Assembly: GCA_964016885.1 (NCBI GenBank)
Contig: OZ024740.1
Coordinates: forward strand, 318,370,001-318,434,000
Reading direction: 5' to 3'
DNA length: 64,000 bases
Source: Eledone cirrhosa
Taxonomy: Eukaryota
The position numbers and the translations under genes are program-made. Under the pieces are notes generated by a model. That model did not search any database. It was not told where the DNA came from and saw nothing but the letters and a program-made list of their open reading frames with translations. Each line of letters starts with the position of its first letter. The stretch's first letter is position 1. Positions 12,781 through 28,000 of the stretch are shown piece by piece.

Positions 12781-15700
12781 CATTCTAACGACTCAACCAA
12801 TTCGAAGTCTTTCTACTACAATACTCAACAAATAATCCAGGACTGTCTCGTCTATTTCCACAACTTACATTCTATCTGATATTCTAACGACTCTACCAAT
12901 TCGAAGTCTTTCTACTACAATACTAACAACAAATAATCTAAGATTGTCTCGTCTATTTCTACAACTTACATTCTATCTGACATTCTAACGACTCTACCAA
13001 TTCGAAGTCTTTCTGCTACAATACTCACAACAAATAATCCAGGATTGCCTCGTCTATTTCCACAACTTACATTCTACCTGACATTCTAACGACTCTACGA
13101 ATTCGAAGTCTTTCTACTACAATACTCACAACAAATAATCCAGGATTGTCTCGTCTATTTCCACAAATTACATTCTATGTGACATTCTAACGACTCTACC
13201 AATTCGCTGTTTTTTACTACAATACTAACTTCAAATAATCCAGGATTGTCTCATCTATTTCCACAACTTACATTCTATCTGATATTCGAACGACTCTACC
13301 AATTCGAAGTCTTTCTACTACAATACTCACAACAAATAATCCAGGATTGTCTCGTCTATTTCCACAAATTACATTCTATCTGACATTCTAACGACTCTAC
13401 CAATTCGAAGTGTTTCTACTACAATACTCACAACAAATAATCCAGGATTGTCTCGTCTATTTCCACAACTTACATTCTATCTGACATTCTAATGACTCTA
13501 CCAATTCGAAGTCTTTCTACTACAATACTCACAACAAATAATTCAGGATTGTCTCGTCTACTTCCACAACTTACATTGTATCTGATATTCTAACGACTCT
13601 ACCAATTCGAAGTCTTTTAACTACAATACTAACTTTAAACAATCCAGGATTGTCTCCTCTATTTCCACAACTTACATTCTATCTGACATTCTAACGACTC
13701 TACCAATTCGAAGTCTTTCTATTACAATACTCACAACAAATAATCCAGGATTGTCTCGTCTATTTCCACAACTTACATTCTATGTGACATTCTAACGACT
13801 CTACCAATTCGAAGTTTTTCTACTACAATACTCACAACAAATAATCCAGGATTGTCTCGTCTATTTCCACAACTTACATTCTATGTGACATTCTAACGAC
13901 TCTACCAATTCGAAGTCTTTCTACTACATTACTCACAACAACTAATCCAGGATTGTCTCGTCTATTCCCACAACTTACATTATATCTGACATTCTAATGA
14001 CTCTACCAATTCGAAGTCTTTCTGCTACAATACTCACAACAAATAATCCAGGATTGCCTCGTCTATTTCCACACCTTACATTCTATCTGACATTCTAACG
14101 ACTCTACCAATTAAGTGTATTTCTACTACAATACTAACTTCAAATAATCCAGGATTGTCTCGTCTATTTCCACAACTTACATTCTATCTGATATTCTAAC
14201 GACTCTACCAATTTGAAGTCTTTCTATTACAATACTAACAACAAATAATCCAGGATTTCTCGTCTATTTCCACAACTTACATTCTATCTGATATTCTAAC
14301 GACTCTACCAATTTGAAGTCTTTCTACTACAATACTCAAAACAAATAATCCAGGATTGTCTCGTCTATTTCCACAACTTAAATTCTATCTCAGTTTCTAA
14401 CGAGTCTACCAATTCGCTGTATTCATACTGCAATACTCACAACAAATAAACCACAATTGTCTCGTCTATTTCCACAACTTACATTCTATCTGACATACTA
14501 ACGACTCTACCAATTCGAAGTCTTTCTACTACAATACTAACTTTAAACAATCCAGGATTGTCTCCTCTATTTCCACAACTTACATTCTATCTGACATTCT
14601 AACGACTCTACCAATTCGATGTCTCTCTACTACAATACTCACAACAAATAATCCAGGATTGTCTCCCCTTTTTCCACAACTTACATTCTATCTGACATTC
14701 AAACGACTCTATCAATTCGAAGTCTTTCTACTACAATACTAACGTCAAATAATCCAGGATTGTCTCGTCCATTTCCACAACTTACATTCTATCTGACATT
14801 CTAACGACTCTACCAATTCGAAGTCTATCTATTACAGTACTAACAACAAATAATCCATGATTCTATCGTCTATTTCCACAACTTACATTCTATCTGATAT
14901 TCTAACGACTCTACCAATTCGCTGCATTTCTACTACAATACTAACTTCAAATAATCCAGGATTGTCTCATCTATTTCCACAACTTACATTCTATCTGATA
15001 TTCGAACGACTCTACCAATTCGAAGTCTTTGTACTACAATACTAACAACAAATAATGCAGGATTGTCTCGTCTATTTCCACAACTTACATTCTATCTGAT
15101 TTTCTAACGACTCTACCAATTCGAAGTCTTTCTATTACAATACTCACAACAAATAATCCAGGATTGTCTCGTCTATTTCCACAAATTACATTCTATCTGA
15201 CATTCTAACGACTCTACCAATTCGAAGTTTGTCTACTACAATACTCACAACAAATAATCAAGGATTGTATCGTCTATTACCACAACGTACATTTTATCTG
15301 ACATTCTAACGACTCTACCAATTCGAAGTCTTTCTACTACAATACTCACAACAATTAATCCAGGAATGTCTCGTCTATTTCCACACCTTACATTCTATCT
15401 GACATTCTAACGACTCTACCCATTCGCTGTATTTCTACTACAATACTAACTTCAAATAATCCAGGATTGTCTCGTCTACTTCCACAACTTACATTGTATC
15501 TGATATTCTAACGACTCTACCAATTCGAAGTCTTTCTACTACAATACTAACTTTAAACAATCCAGGATTGTCTCCTCTATTTCCACAACTTACATTCTAT
15601 CTGACATTCTAACGACTCTACCAATTCGATTTCTTTCTACTACAATACTCACAACAAATGATCCAGGATTGTCTCGTCTATTTCCACAACTTACATTCTA

Positions 15701-16089
15701 TCTGACATTTAAACAACTCTATCAATTCGAAGTCTTTCTACTACAATACTAACGTCAAATAATCCAGGATTGTCTCGTCCATTTCCATAACTTACATTCT
15801 ATCTGACATTCTAACGACTCTACCAATTCGAAGTCTATCTATTACAATACTAACAACAAATAATCTAGGATTGCCTGTTCTATTTCCACAACTTACATTC
15901 TATCTGACATTCTAACGACTCTACCAATTCGAAGTTTTTCTACTACAATACTCACAACAAATAATCCAGGATTGTCTCGTCTATTTCCACAACTTACATT
16001 CTATCTGACATTCTAACGACTCTACCAATTCGAAGTCTATCTATTACAGTACTAACAACAAATAATGCAGGATTCTATCGTCTATTTCC

Positions 16090-19000
16090 ACAACTTACAT
16101 TCTATCTGATATTCTAACGACTCTACCAATTCGCTGTATTTCTACTACAATACTAACTTCAAATAATCCAGGATTGTCTCATCTATTTCCACAACTTACA
16201 TTCTACCTGACATTCAAAGGACTCTATCAATTCGAAGTCTTTCTATTACAATACTCACAACAAATAATCCAGGATTGACTCGTCTATTTCCACAACTTAC
16301 ATTCTACCTGACATTCTAACGACTCTACGAATTCGAAGTCTTTCTACTACAATACTCACAACAAATAATCCAGGATTGTCTCGTCTATTTCCACAAATTA
16401 CATTCTATCTGACATTCTAACGACTCTACCAATTCGAAGTGTTTCTACTACAATACTCACAAAAAATAATCAAGGATTGTATCGTCTATTTCCACAACGT
16501 ACATTCTATCTGACATTCTAACGACGCTACCAATTCGAAGTATTTCTACTACAATACTCACAACAATTAATCCAGGAATGTCTCGTCTATTTCCACACCT
16601 TACATTCTATCTGACATTCTAACGACTCTACCCATTCGCTGTATTTCTACTACAATACTAACTTCAAATAATCCAGGATTGTCTCGTCTACTTCCACAAC
16701 TTACATTGTATCTGATATTCTAACGACTCTACCAATTCGAAGTCTTTCTATTACAATACTCACAACAAATAATCCAGGATTGTCTCGTCTATTTCCACAA
16801 CTTACATTCTATGTGACATTCTAACGACTCTACCAATTCGAAGTTTTTCTACTACAATACTCACAACAAATAATCCAGGATTGTCTCGTCTATTTCCACA
16901 ACTTACATTCTATGTGACATTCTAACGACTCTACCAATTCGAAGTCTTTTAACTACAATACTAACTTTAAACAATCCAGGATTGTCTCCTCTATTTCCAC
17001 AACTTACATTCTATCTGACGTTCTAACGACTCTACCAATTCGATTTCTTTCTACTACAATACTCACAACAAATAATCCAGGATTGTCTCGTCTATTGCCA
17101 CAACTTACATTCTACCTGACACTCTAACGACTCTACGAATTCGAAGTCTTTCTACTACAATACTCACAACAAATAATCCAGGATTGTCTCGTCTATTTCC
17201 ACAACTTACATTCTATCTGACATTCTAACGACTCTACCAATTCGAAGTCTTTCTATTACAATACTCACAACAAATAATCCAGGATTGTCTCGTCTAATCC
17301 CACAACTTACATTCTATGTGACATTCTAACGACTCTACCAATTCGAAGTTTTTCTACTACTATACTCACAACAAATAATCCAGGATTGTCTCGTCTATTT
17401 CCACAACTTACATTTTATGTGACATTCTAACGACTCTACCAATTCGAAGTCTTTCTACTACAATACTCACAACAAATAATCCAGGATTGTCTCGTCTATT
17501 CCCACAACTTACATTATATCTGACATTCTAATGACTCTACCAATTCGAAGTCTTTCTGCTACAATACTCACAACAAATAATCCAGGATTGCCTCGTCTAT
17601 TTCCACACCTTACATTCTATCTGACATTCTAACGACTCTACCAATTCGCTGTATTTCTACTACAATACTAACAACAAATAATCTAGGATTGTCTGTTCTA
17701 TTTCCACAACTTACATTCTATCTGACATTCTAACGACTCTACCAATTCGAAGTTTTTCTACTACAATACTCACAACAAATAATCCAGGATTGTCTCGTCT
17801 ATTTCCACAACTTACATTCTATCTGACATTCTAACGACTCTACCAATTCGAAGTCTATCTATTACAGTACTAACAACAAATAATGCAGGATTCAATCGTC
17901 TATTTCCACAACTTACATTCTATCTGATATTCTAACGACTCTACCAATTGGCTGTATTTCAACTACAATACTAATGTCAAATAATCCAGGATTGTCTCGT
18001 CTATTTCCACAACTTACATTCTATCTGACATTCTAACGACTCTACCAATTCGAAGTTGTTCTACTACAATACTCACAACAAATAATCAAGGATTGTATCG
18101 TCTATTTCCACAACGTACATTCTATCTGATATTCTAACGACTCTACCAATTTGAAGTCTTTCTACTACAAAACTAACAACAAATAATCCAGGATTGTCTC
18201 GTCTATTTCCACAACTTACATTCTATCTGATATTCTAACGACTCTACCAATTCGAAGTCTTTCTACTACAATACTCACAACAAATAATCCAGGATTGTCT
18301 CGTCTATTTCCACAAATTACATTCTATCTGACATTCTAACGACTCTACCAATTCGAAGTGTTTCTACTACAATACTCACAACAAATAATCAAGGATTGTA
18401 TCGTGTATTTCCACAACCTACATTCTATCTGACATTCTAACGACTCTACCAATTCGAAGTCTATCTATTACAGTACTAACAACAAATAATGCAGGATTCT
18501 ATCGTCTATTTCCACAACTTACATTCTATCTGATATTCTAACGACTCTACCAATTCGAAGTCTTTCTACTACAATACTAACTTTAAACAATCCAGGATTG
18601 TCTCCTCTATTTCCACAACTTACATTCTATCTGACATTCTAACGACTCTACCAATTCGATTTCTTTCTACTACAATACTCACAGCAAATGATCCAGGATT
18701 GTCTCGTCTATTTCCACAACTTCCATCCTATCTGACATTTAAACAACTCTATCAATTCGAAGTCTTTCTACTACAATACTAACGTCAAATAATCCAGGAT
18801 TGTCTCGTCCATTTCCATAACTTACATTCTATCTGACATTCTAACGACTCTACCAATTCGAAGTCTATCTATTACAATACTAACAACAAATAATCTAGGA
18901 TTGTCTGTTCTATTTCCACAACTTACATTCTATCTGACATTCTAACGACTCTACCAATTCGAAGTTTTTCTACTACAATACTCACAACAAATAATCCAGG

Positions 19001-22000
19001 ATTGTCTCGTCTATTTCCACAACTTACATTCTATCTGACATTCTAACGACTCTACCAATTCGAAGTCTATCTATTACAGTACTAACAACAAATAATGCAG
19101 GATTCTATCGTCTATTTCCACAACTTACATTCTATCTGATATTCTAACGACTCTACCAATTCGCTGTATTTCTACTACAATACTAACTTCAAATAATCTA
19201 GGATTGTCTCATCTATTTTCACAACTTACATTCTACCTGACATTCAAAGAACTCTATCAATTCGAAGTCTTTCTATTACAATACTCACAACAAATAATCC
19301 AGGATTGACTCGTCTATTTCCACAACTTACATTCTACCTGACATTCTAACGACTCTACGAATTCGAAGTCTTTCTACTACAATACTCACAACAAATAATC
19401 CAGGATTGTCTCGTCTATTTCCACAAATTACATTCTATCTGACATTCTAACGACTCTACCAATTCGAAGTGTTTCTACTACAATACTCACAACAAATAAT
19501 CAAGGATTGTATCGTCTATTTCCACAACGTACATTCTATCTGACATTCTAACGACGCTACCAATTCGAAGTATTTCTACTACAATACTCACAACAATTAA
19601 TCCAGGAATGTCTCGTCTATTTCCACACCTTACATTCTATCTGACATTCTAACGACTCTACCCATTCGCTGTATTTCTACTACAATACTAACTTCAAATA
19701 ATCCAGGATTGTCTCGTCTACTTCCACAACTTACATTGTATCTGATATTCTAACGACTCTACCAATTCGAAGTCTTTCTATTACAATACTCACAACAAAT
19801 AATCCAGGATTGTCTCGTCTATTTCCACAACTTACATTCTATGTGACATTCTAACGACTCTACCAATTCGAAGTTTTTCTACTACAATACTCACAACAAA
19901 TAATCCAGGATTGTCTCGTCTATTTCCACAGCTTACATTCTATGTGACATTCTAACGACTCTACCAATTCGAAGTCTTTCTACTACATTACTCACAACAA
20001 ATAATCCAGGATTGTCTCGTCTATTCCCACAACTTACATTATATCTGACATTCTAATGACTCTACCAATTCGAAGTCTTTCTACTACAATACTAACAACA
20101 AATAATCTAAGATTGTCTCGTCTATTTCCACAACTTACATTCTATCTGACATTCTAACGACTCTACCAATTCGAAGTCTTTCTGCTACAATACTCACAAC
20201 AAATAATCCAGGATTGCCTCGTCTATTTCCACACCTTACATTCTATCTGACATTCTAACGACTCTACCAATTCGCTGTATTTCTACTACAATACTAACAA
20301 CAAATAATCTAGGATTGTCTGTTCTATTTCCACAACTTACATTCTATCTGACATTCTAACGACTCTACCAATTCGAAGTTTTTCTACTACAATAATCACA
20401 ACAAATAATCCAGGATTGTCTCGTCTATTTCCACAACTTACATTCTATCTGACATTCTAACGACTCTACCAATTCGAAGTCTATCTATTACAGTACTAAC
20501 AACAAATAATGCAGGATTCTATCGTCTATTTCCACAACTTACATTCTATCTGATATTCTAACGACTCTACCAATTCGCTGTATTTCTACTACAATACTAA
20601 TGTCAAATAATCCAGGATTGTCTCGTCTATTTCCACAACTTACATTCTATCTGACATTCTAACGACTCTACCAATTCGAAGTTGTTCTACTACAATACTC
20701 ACAACAAATAATCAAGGATTGTATCGTCTATTTCCACAACGTACATTCTATCTGACATTCTAACGCCTCTACCAATTCGAAGTCTTTCTATTACAATACT
20801 CACAACAAATAATCCAGGATTGCCTCGTCTATTTCCACACCTTACATTCTATCTGACATTCTAACGACTCTACCAATTCGCTGTATTTCTACTACAATAC
20901 TAACTTCAAATAATCCAGGATTGTCTCGTCTATTTCCACAACTTACATTCTATCTGATATTCTAACGACTCTACCAATTTGAAGTCTTTCTACTACAAAA
21001 CTAACAACAAATAATCCAGGATTGTCTCGTCTATTTCCACAACTTACATTCTATCTGATATTCTAACGACTCTACCAATTCGAAGTGTTTCTACTACAAT
21101 ACTCACAACAAATAATCAAGGATTGTATCGTGTATTTCCACAACCTACATTCTATCTGACATTCTAACGACTCTACCAATTCGAAGTCTTTCTACTACAA
21201 TACTCACAACAATTAATCCAGGAATGTCTCGTCTATTTCCACACCTTACATTCTATCTGACATTCTAACGACTCTACCCATTCGCTGTATTTCTACTACA
21301 ATACTAACTTCAAATAATCCAGGATTGTCTCGTCTACTTCCACAACTTATATTGTATCTGATATTCTAACGACTCTACCAATTCGAAGTCTTTTAACTAC
21401 AATACTAACTTTAAACAATCCAGGATTGTCTCCTCTATTTCCACAACTTACATTCTATCTGACGTTCTAACGACTCTACCAATTCGATTTCTTTCTACTA
21501 CAATACTCACAACAAATAATCCAGGATTGTCTCGTCTATTGCCACAACTTACATTCTACCTGACACTCTAACGACTCTACGAATTCGAAGTCTTTCTACT
21601 ACAATACTCACAACAAATAATCCAGGATTGTCTCGTCTATTTCCACAACTTACATTCTATCTGACATTCTAACGACTCTACCAATTCGAAGTCTTTCTAT
21701 TACAATACTCACAACAAATAATCCAGGATTGTCTCGTCTAATCCCACAACTTACATTCTATGTGACATTCTAACGACTCTACCAATTCGAAGTTTTTCTA
21801 CTACTATACTCACAACAAATAATCCAGGATTGTCTCGTCTATTTCCACAACTTACATTTTATGTGACATTCTAACGACTCTACCAATTCGAAGTCTTTCT
21901 ACTACAATACTCACAACAAATAATCCAGGATTGTCTCGTCTATTCCCACAACTTACATTATATCTGACATTCTAATGACTCTACCAATTCGAAGTCTTTC

Positions 22001-25000
22001 TACTACAATACTAACAACAAATAATCTAAGATTGTCTCGTCTATTTCCACAACTTACATTCTATCTTACATTCTAACGACTCTACCAATTCGAAGTCTTT
22101 CTGCTACAATACTCACAACAAATAATCCAGGATTGCCTCGTCTATTTCCACACCTTACATTCTATCTGACATTCTAACGACTCTACCAATTCGCTGTATT
22201 TCTACTACAATACTAACTTCAAATAATCCAGGATTGTCTCGTCTATTTCCACAACTTACATTCTATCTGATATTCTAACGACTCTACCAATTTGAAGTCT
22301 TTCTACTACAATACTCACAACAAATAATCCAGGATTGTCTCGTCTATTTCCACAACTTACATTCTATCTCAGTTTCTAACGAGTCTACCAATTCGCTGTA
22401 TTTATACTGCAATACTCACAACAAATAAACCACGATTGTCTCGTCTATTTCCACAACTTACATTCTATCTGACATACTAACGACTCTACCAATTCGAAGT
22501 CTTTCTACTACAATACTAACTTTAAACAATCCAGGATTGTCTCCTCTATTTCCACAACTTACATTCTATCTGACATTCTAACGACTCTACCAATTCGATG
22601 TCTCTCTACTACAATACTCACAACAAATAATCCAGGATTGTCTCCCCTTTTTCCACAACTTACATTCTATCTGACATTCAAACGACTCTATCAATTCGAA
22701 GTCTTTCTACTACAATACTAACGTCAAATAATCCAGGATTGTCTCGTCCATTTCCACAACTTACATTCTATCTGACATTCTAACGACTCTACCAATTCGA
22801 AGTCTATCTATTACAGTACTAACAACAAATAATCCATGATTCTATCGTCTATTTCCACAACTTACATTCTATCTGATATTCTAACGACTCTACCAATTCG
22901 CTGCATTTCTACTACAATACTAACTTCAAATAATCCAGGATTATCTCATCTATTTCCACAACTTACATTCTATCTGATATTCGAACGACTCTACCAATTC
23001 GAAGTCTTTGTACTACAATACTAACAACAAATAATGCAGGATTGTCTCGTCTATTTCCACAACTTATATTCTATCTGATTTTCTAACGACTCTACCAATT
23101 CGAAGTCTTTCTATTACAATACTCACAACAAATAATCCAGGATTGTCTCGTCTATTTCCACACCTTACATTCTACATGACATTCTAACGACTCTACCAAT
23201 TCGAAGTTTGTCTACTACAATACTCACAACAAATAATCAAGGATTGTATCGTCTATTTCCACAACGTACATTCTATCTGACATTCTAACGACTCTACCAA
23301 TTCGAAGTCTTTCTACTACAATACTCACAACAATTAATCCAGGAATGTCTCGTCTATTTCCACACCTTACATTCTATCTGACATTCTAACGACTCTACCC
23401 ATTCGCTGTATTTCTACTACAATACTAACTTCAAATAATCCAGGATTGTCTCGTCTACTTCCACAACTTACATTGTATCTGATATTCTAACGACTCTACC
23501 AATTCGAAGTCTTTCTATTACAATACTCACAACAAATAATCCAGGATTGTCTCGTCTATTTCCACAACTTACATTCTATCTGATATTCTAACGACTCTAC
23601 CAATTCGCTGTATTTCTACTACAATACTAACTTCAAATAATCCAGGATTGTCTCATCTATTTCCACAACTTACATTCTACCTGACATTCAAAGGACTCTA
23701 TCAATTCGAAGTCTTTCTATTACAATACTCACAACAAATAATCCAGGATTGACTCGTCTATTTCCACAACTTACATTCTACCTGACATTCTAACGACTCT
23801 ACGAATTCGAAGTCTTTCTACTACAATACTCACAACAAATAATCCAGGATTGTCTCGTCTATTTCCACAAATTACATTCTATCTGACATTCTAACGACTC
23901 TACCAATTCGAAGTGTTTCTACTACAATACTCACAAAAAATAATCAAGGATTGTATCGTCTATTTCCACAACGTACATTCTATCTGACATTCTAACGACG
24001 CTACCAATTCGAAGTATTTCTACTACAATACTCACAACAATTAATCCAGGAATGTCTCGTCTATTTCCACACCTTACATTCTATCTGACATTCTAACGAC
24101 TCTACCCATTCGCTGTATTTCTACTACAATACTAACTTCAAATAATCCAGGATTGTCTCGTCTACTTCCACAACTTACATTGTATCTGATATTCTAACGA
24201 CTCTACCAATTCGAAGTCTTTCTATTACAATACTCACAACAAATAATCCAGGATTGTCTCGTCTATTTCCACAACTTACATTCTATGTGACATTCTAACG
24301 ACTCTACCAATTCGAAGTTTTTCTACTACAATACTCACAACAAATAATCCAGGATTGTCTCGTCTATTTCCACAACTTACATTCTATGTGACATTCTAAC
24401 GACTCTACCAATTCGAAGTCTTTCTACTACATTACTCACAACAAATAATCCAGGATTGTCTCGTCTATTCCCACAACTTACATTATATCTGACATTCTAA
24501 TGACTCTACCAATTCGAAGTCTTTCTACTACAATACTAACAACAAATAATCTAAGATTGTCTCGTCTATTTCCACAACTTACATTCTATCTGACATTCTA
24601 ACGACTCTACCAATTCGAAGTCTTTCTGCTACAATACTCACAACAAATAATCCAGGATTGCCTCGTCTATTTCCACACCTTACATTCTATCTGACATTCT
24701 AACGACTCTACCAATTCGCTGTATTTCTACTACAATACTAACAACAAATAATCTAGGATTGTCTGTTCTATTTCCACAACTTACATTCTATCTGACATTC
24801 TAACGACTCTACCAATTCGAAGTTTTTCTACTACAATACTCACAACAAATAATCCAGGATTGTCTCGTCTATTTCCACAACTTACATTCTATCTGACATT
24901 CTAACGACTCTACCAATTCGAAGTCTATCTATTACAGTACTAACAACAAATAATGCAGGATTCTATCGTCTATTTCCACAACTTACATTCTATCTGATAT

Positions 25001-28000
25001 TCTAACGACTCTACCAATTGGCTGTATTTCTACTACAATACTAATGTCAAATAATCCAGGATTGTCTCGTCTATTTCCACAACTTACATTCTATCTGACA
25101 TTCTAACGACTCTACCAATTCGAAGTTGTTCTACTACAATACTCACAACAAATAATCAAGGATTGTATCGTCTATTTCCACAACGTACATTCTATCTGAT
25201 ATTCTAACGACTCTACCAATTTGAAGTCTTTCTACTACAAAACTAACAACAAATAATCCAGGATTGTCTCGTCTATTTCCACAACTTACATTCTATCTGA
25301 TATTCTAACGACTCTACCAATTCGAAGTCTTTCTACTACAATACTCACAACAAATAATCCAGGATTGTCTCGTCTATTTCCACAAATTACATTCTATCTG
25401 ACATTCTAACGACTCTACCAATTCGAAGTGTTTCTACTACAATACTCACAACAAATAATCAAGGATTGTATCGTGTATTTCCACAACCTACATTCTATCT
25501 GACATTCTAACGACTCTACCAATTCGAAGTCTATCTATTACAGTACTAACAACAAATAATGCAGGATTCTATCGTCTATTTCCACAACTTACATTCTATC
25601 TGATATTCTAACGACTCTACCAATTCGAAGTCTTTCTACTACAATACTAACTTTAAACAATCCAGGATTGTCTCCTCTATTTCCACAACTTACATTCTAT
25701 CTGACATTCTAACGACTCTACCAATTCGATTTCTTTCTACTACAATACTCACAGCAAATGATCCAGGATTGTCTCGTCTATTTCCACAACTTCCATCCTA
25801 TCTGACATTTAAACAACTCTATCAATTCGAAGTCTTTCTACTACAATACTAACGTCAAATAATCCAGGATTGTCTCGTCCATTTCCATAACTTACATTCT
25901 ATCTGACATTCTAACGTCTCTACCAATTCGAAGTCTATCTATTACAATACTAACAACAAATAATGCAGGATTCTATTGTCTATTTCCACAACTTACATTC
26001 TATCTGATATTCTAACGACTCTACCAATTCGCTGTATTTCTACTACAATACTAACTTCAAATAATCTAGGATTGTCTCATCTATTTTCACAACTTACATT
26101 CTACCTGACATTCAAAGGACTCTATCAATTCGAAGTCTTTCTATTACAATACTCACAACAAATAATCCAGGATTGACTCGTCTATTTCCACAACTTACAT
26201 TCTACCTGACATTCTAACGACTCTACGAATTCGAAGTCTTTCTACTACAATACTCACAACAAATAATCCAGGATTGTCTCGTCTATTTCCACAAATTACA
26301 TTCTATCTGACATTCTAACGACTCTACCAATTCGAAGTGTTTCTACTACAATACTCACAACAAATAATCAAGGATTGTATCGTCTATTTCCACAACGTAC
26401 ATTCTATCTGACATTCTAACGACGCTACCAATTCGAAGTATTTCTACTACAATACTCACAACAATTAATCCAGGAATGTCTCGTCTATTTCCACACCTTA
26501 CATTCTATCTGACATTCTAACGACTCTACCCATTCGCTGTATTTCTACTACAATACTAACTTCAAATAATCCAGGATTGTCTCGTCTACTTCCACAACTT
26601 ACATTGTATCTGATATTCTAACGACTCTACCAATTCGAAGTCTTTCTATTACAATACTCACAACAAATAATCCAGGATTGTCTCGTCTATTTCCACAACT
26701 TACATTCTATGTGACATTCTAACGACTCTACCAATTCGAAGTTTTTCTACTACAATACTCACAACAAATAATCCAGGATTGTCTCGTCTATTTCCACAGC
26801 TTACATTCTATGTGACATTCTAACGACTCTACCAATTCGAAGTCTTTCTACTACATTACTCACAACAAATAATCCAGGATTGTCTCGTCTATTCCCACAA
26901 CTTACATTATATCTGACATTCTAATGACTCTACCAATTCGAAGTCTTTCTACTACAATACTAACAACAAATAATCTAAGATTGTCTCGTCTATTTCCACA
27001 ACTTACATTCTATCTGACATTCTAACGACTCTACCAATTCGAAGTCTTTCTGCTACAATACTCACAACAAATAATCCAGGATTGCCTCGTCTATTTCCAC
27101 ACCTTACATTCTATCTGACATTCTAACGACTCTACCAATTCGCTGTATTTCTACTACAATACTAACAACAAATAATCTAGGATTGTCTGTTCTATTTCCA
27201 CAACTTACATTCTATCTGACATTCTAACGACTCTACCAATTCGAAGTTTTTCTACTACAATACTCACAACAAATAATCCAGGATTGTCTCGTCTATTTCC
27301 ACAACTTACATTCTATCTGACATTCTAACGACTCTACCAATTCGAAGTCTATCTATTACAGTACTAACAACAAATAATGCAGGATTCTATCGTCTATTTC
27401 CACAACTTACATTCTATCTGATATTCTAACGACTCTACCAATTCGCTGTATTTCTACTACAATACTAATGTCAAATAATCCAGGATTGTCTCGTCTATTT
27501 CCACAACTTACATTCTATCTGACATTCTAACGACTCTACCAATTCGAAGTTGTTCTACTACAATACTCACAACAAATAATCAAGGATTGTATCGTCTATT
27601 TCCACAACGTACATTCTATCTGACATTCTAACGACTCTACCAATTCGAAGTCTTTCTATTACAATACTCACAACAAATAATCCAGGATTGCCTCGTCTAT
27701 TTCCACACCTTACATTCTATCTGACATTCTAACGACTCTACCAATTCGCTGTATTTCTACTACAATACTAACTTCAAATAATCCAGGATTGTCTCGTCTA
27801 TTTCCACAACTTACATTCTATCTGATATTCTAACGACTCTACCAATTTGAAGTCTTTCTACTTCAAAACTAACAACAAATAATCCAGGATTGTCTCGTCT
27901 ATTTCCACAACTTACATTCTATCTGATATTCTAACGACTCTACCAATTCGAAGTGTTTCTACTACAATACTCACAACAAATAATCAAGGATTGTATCGTG

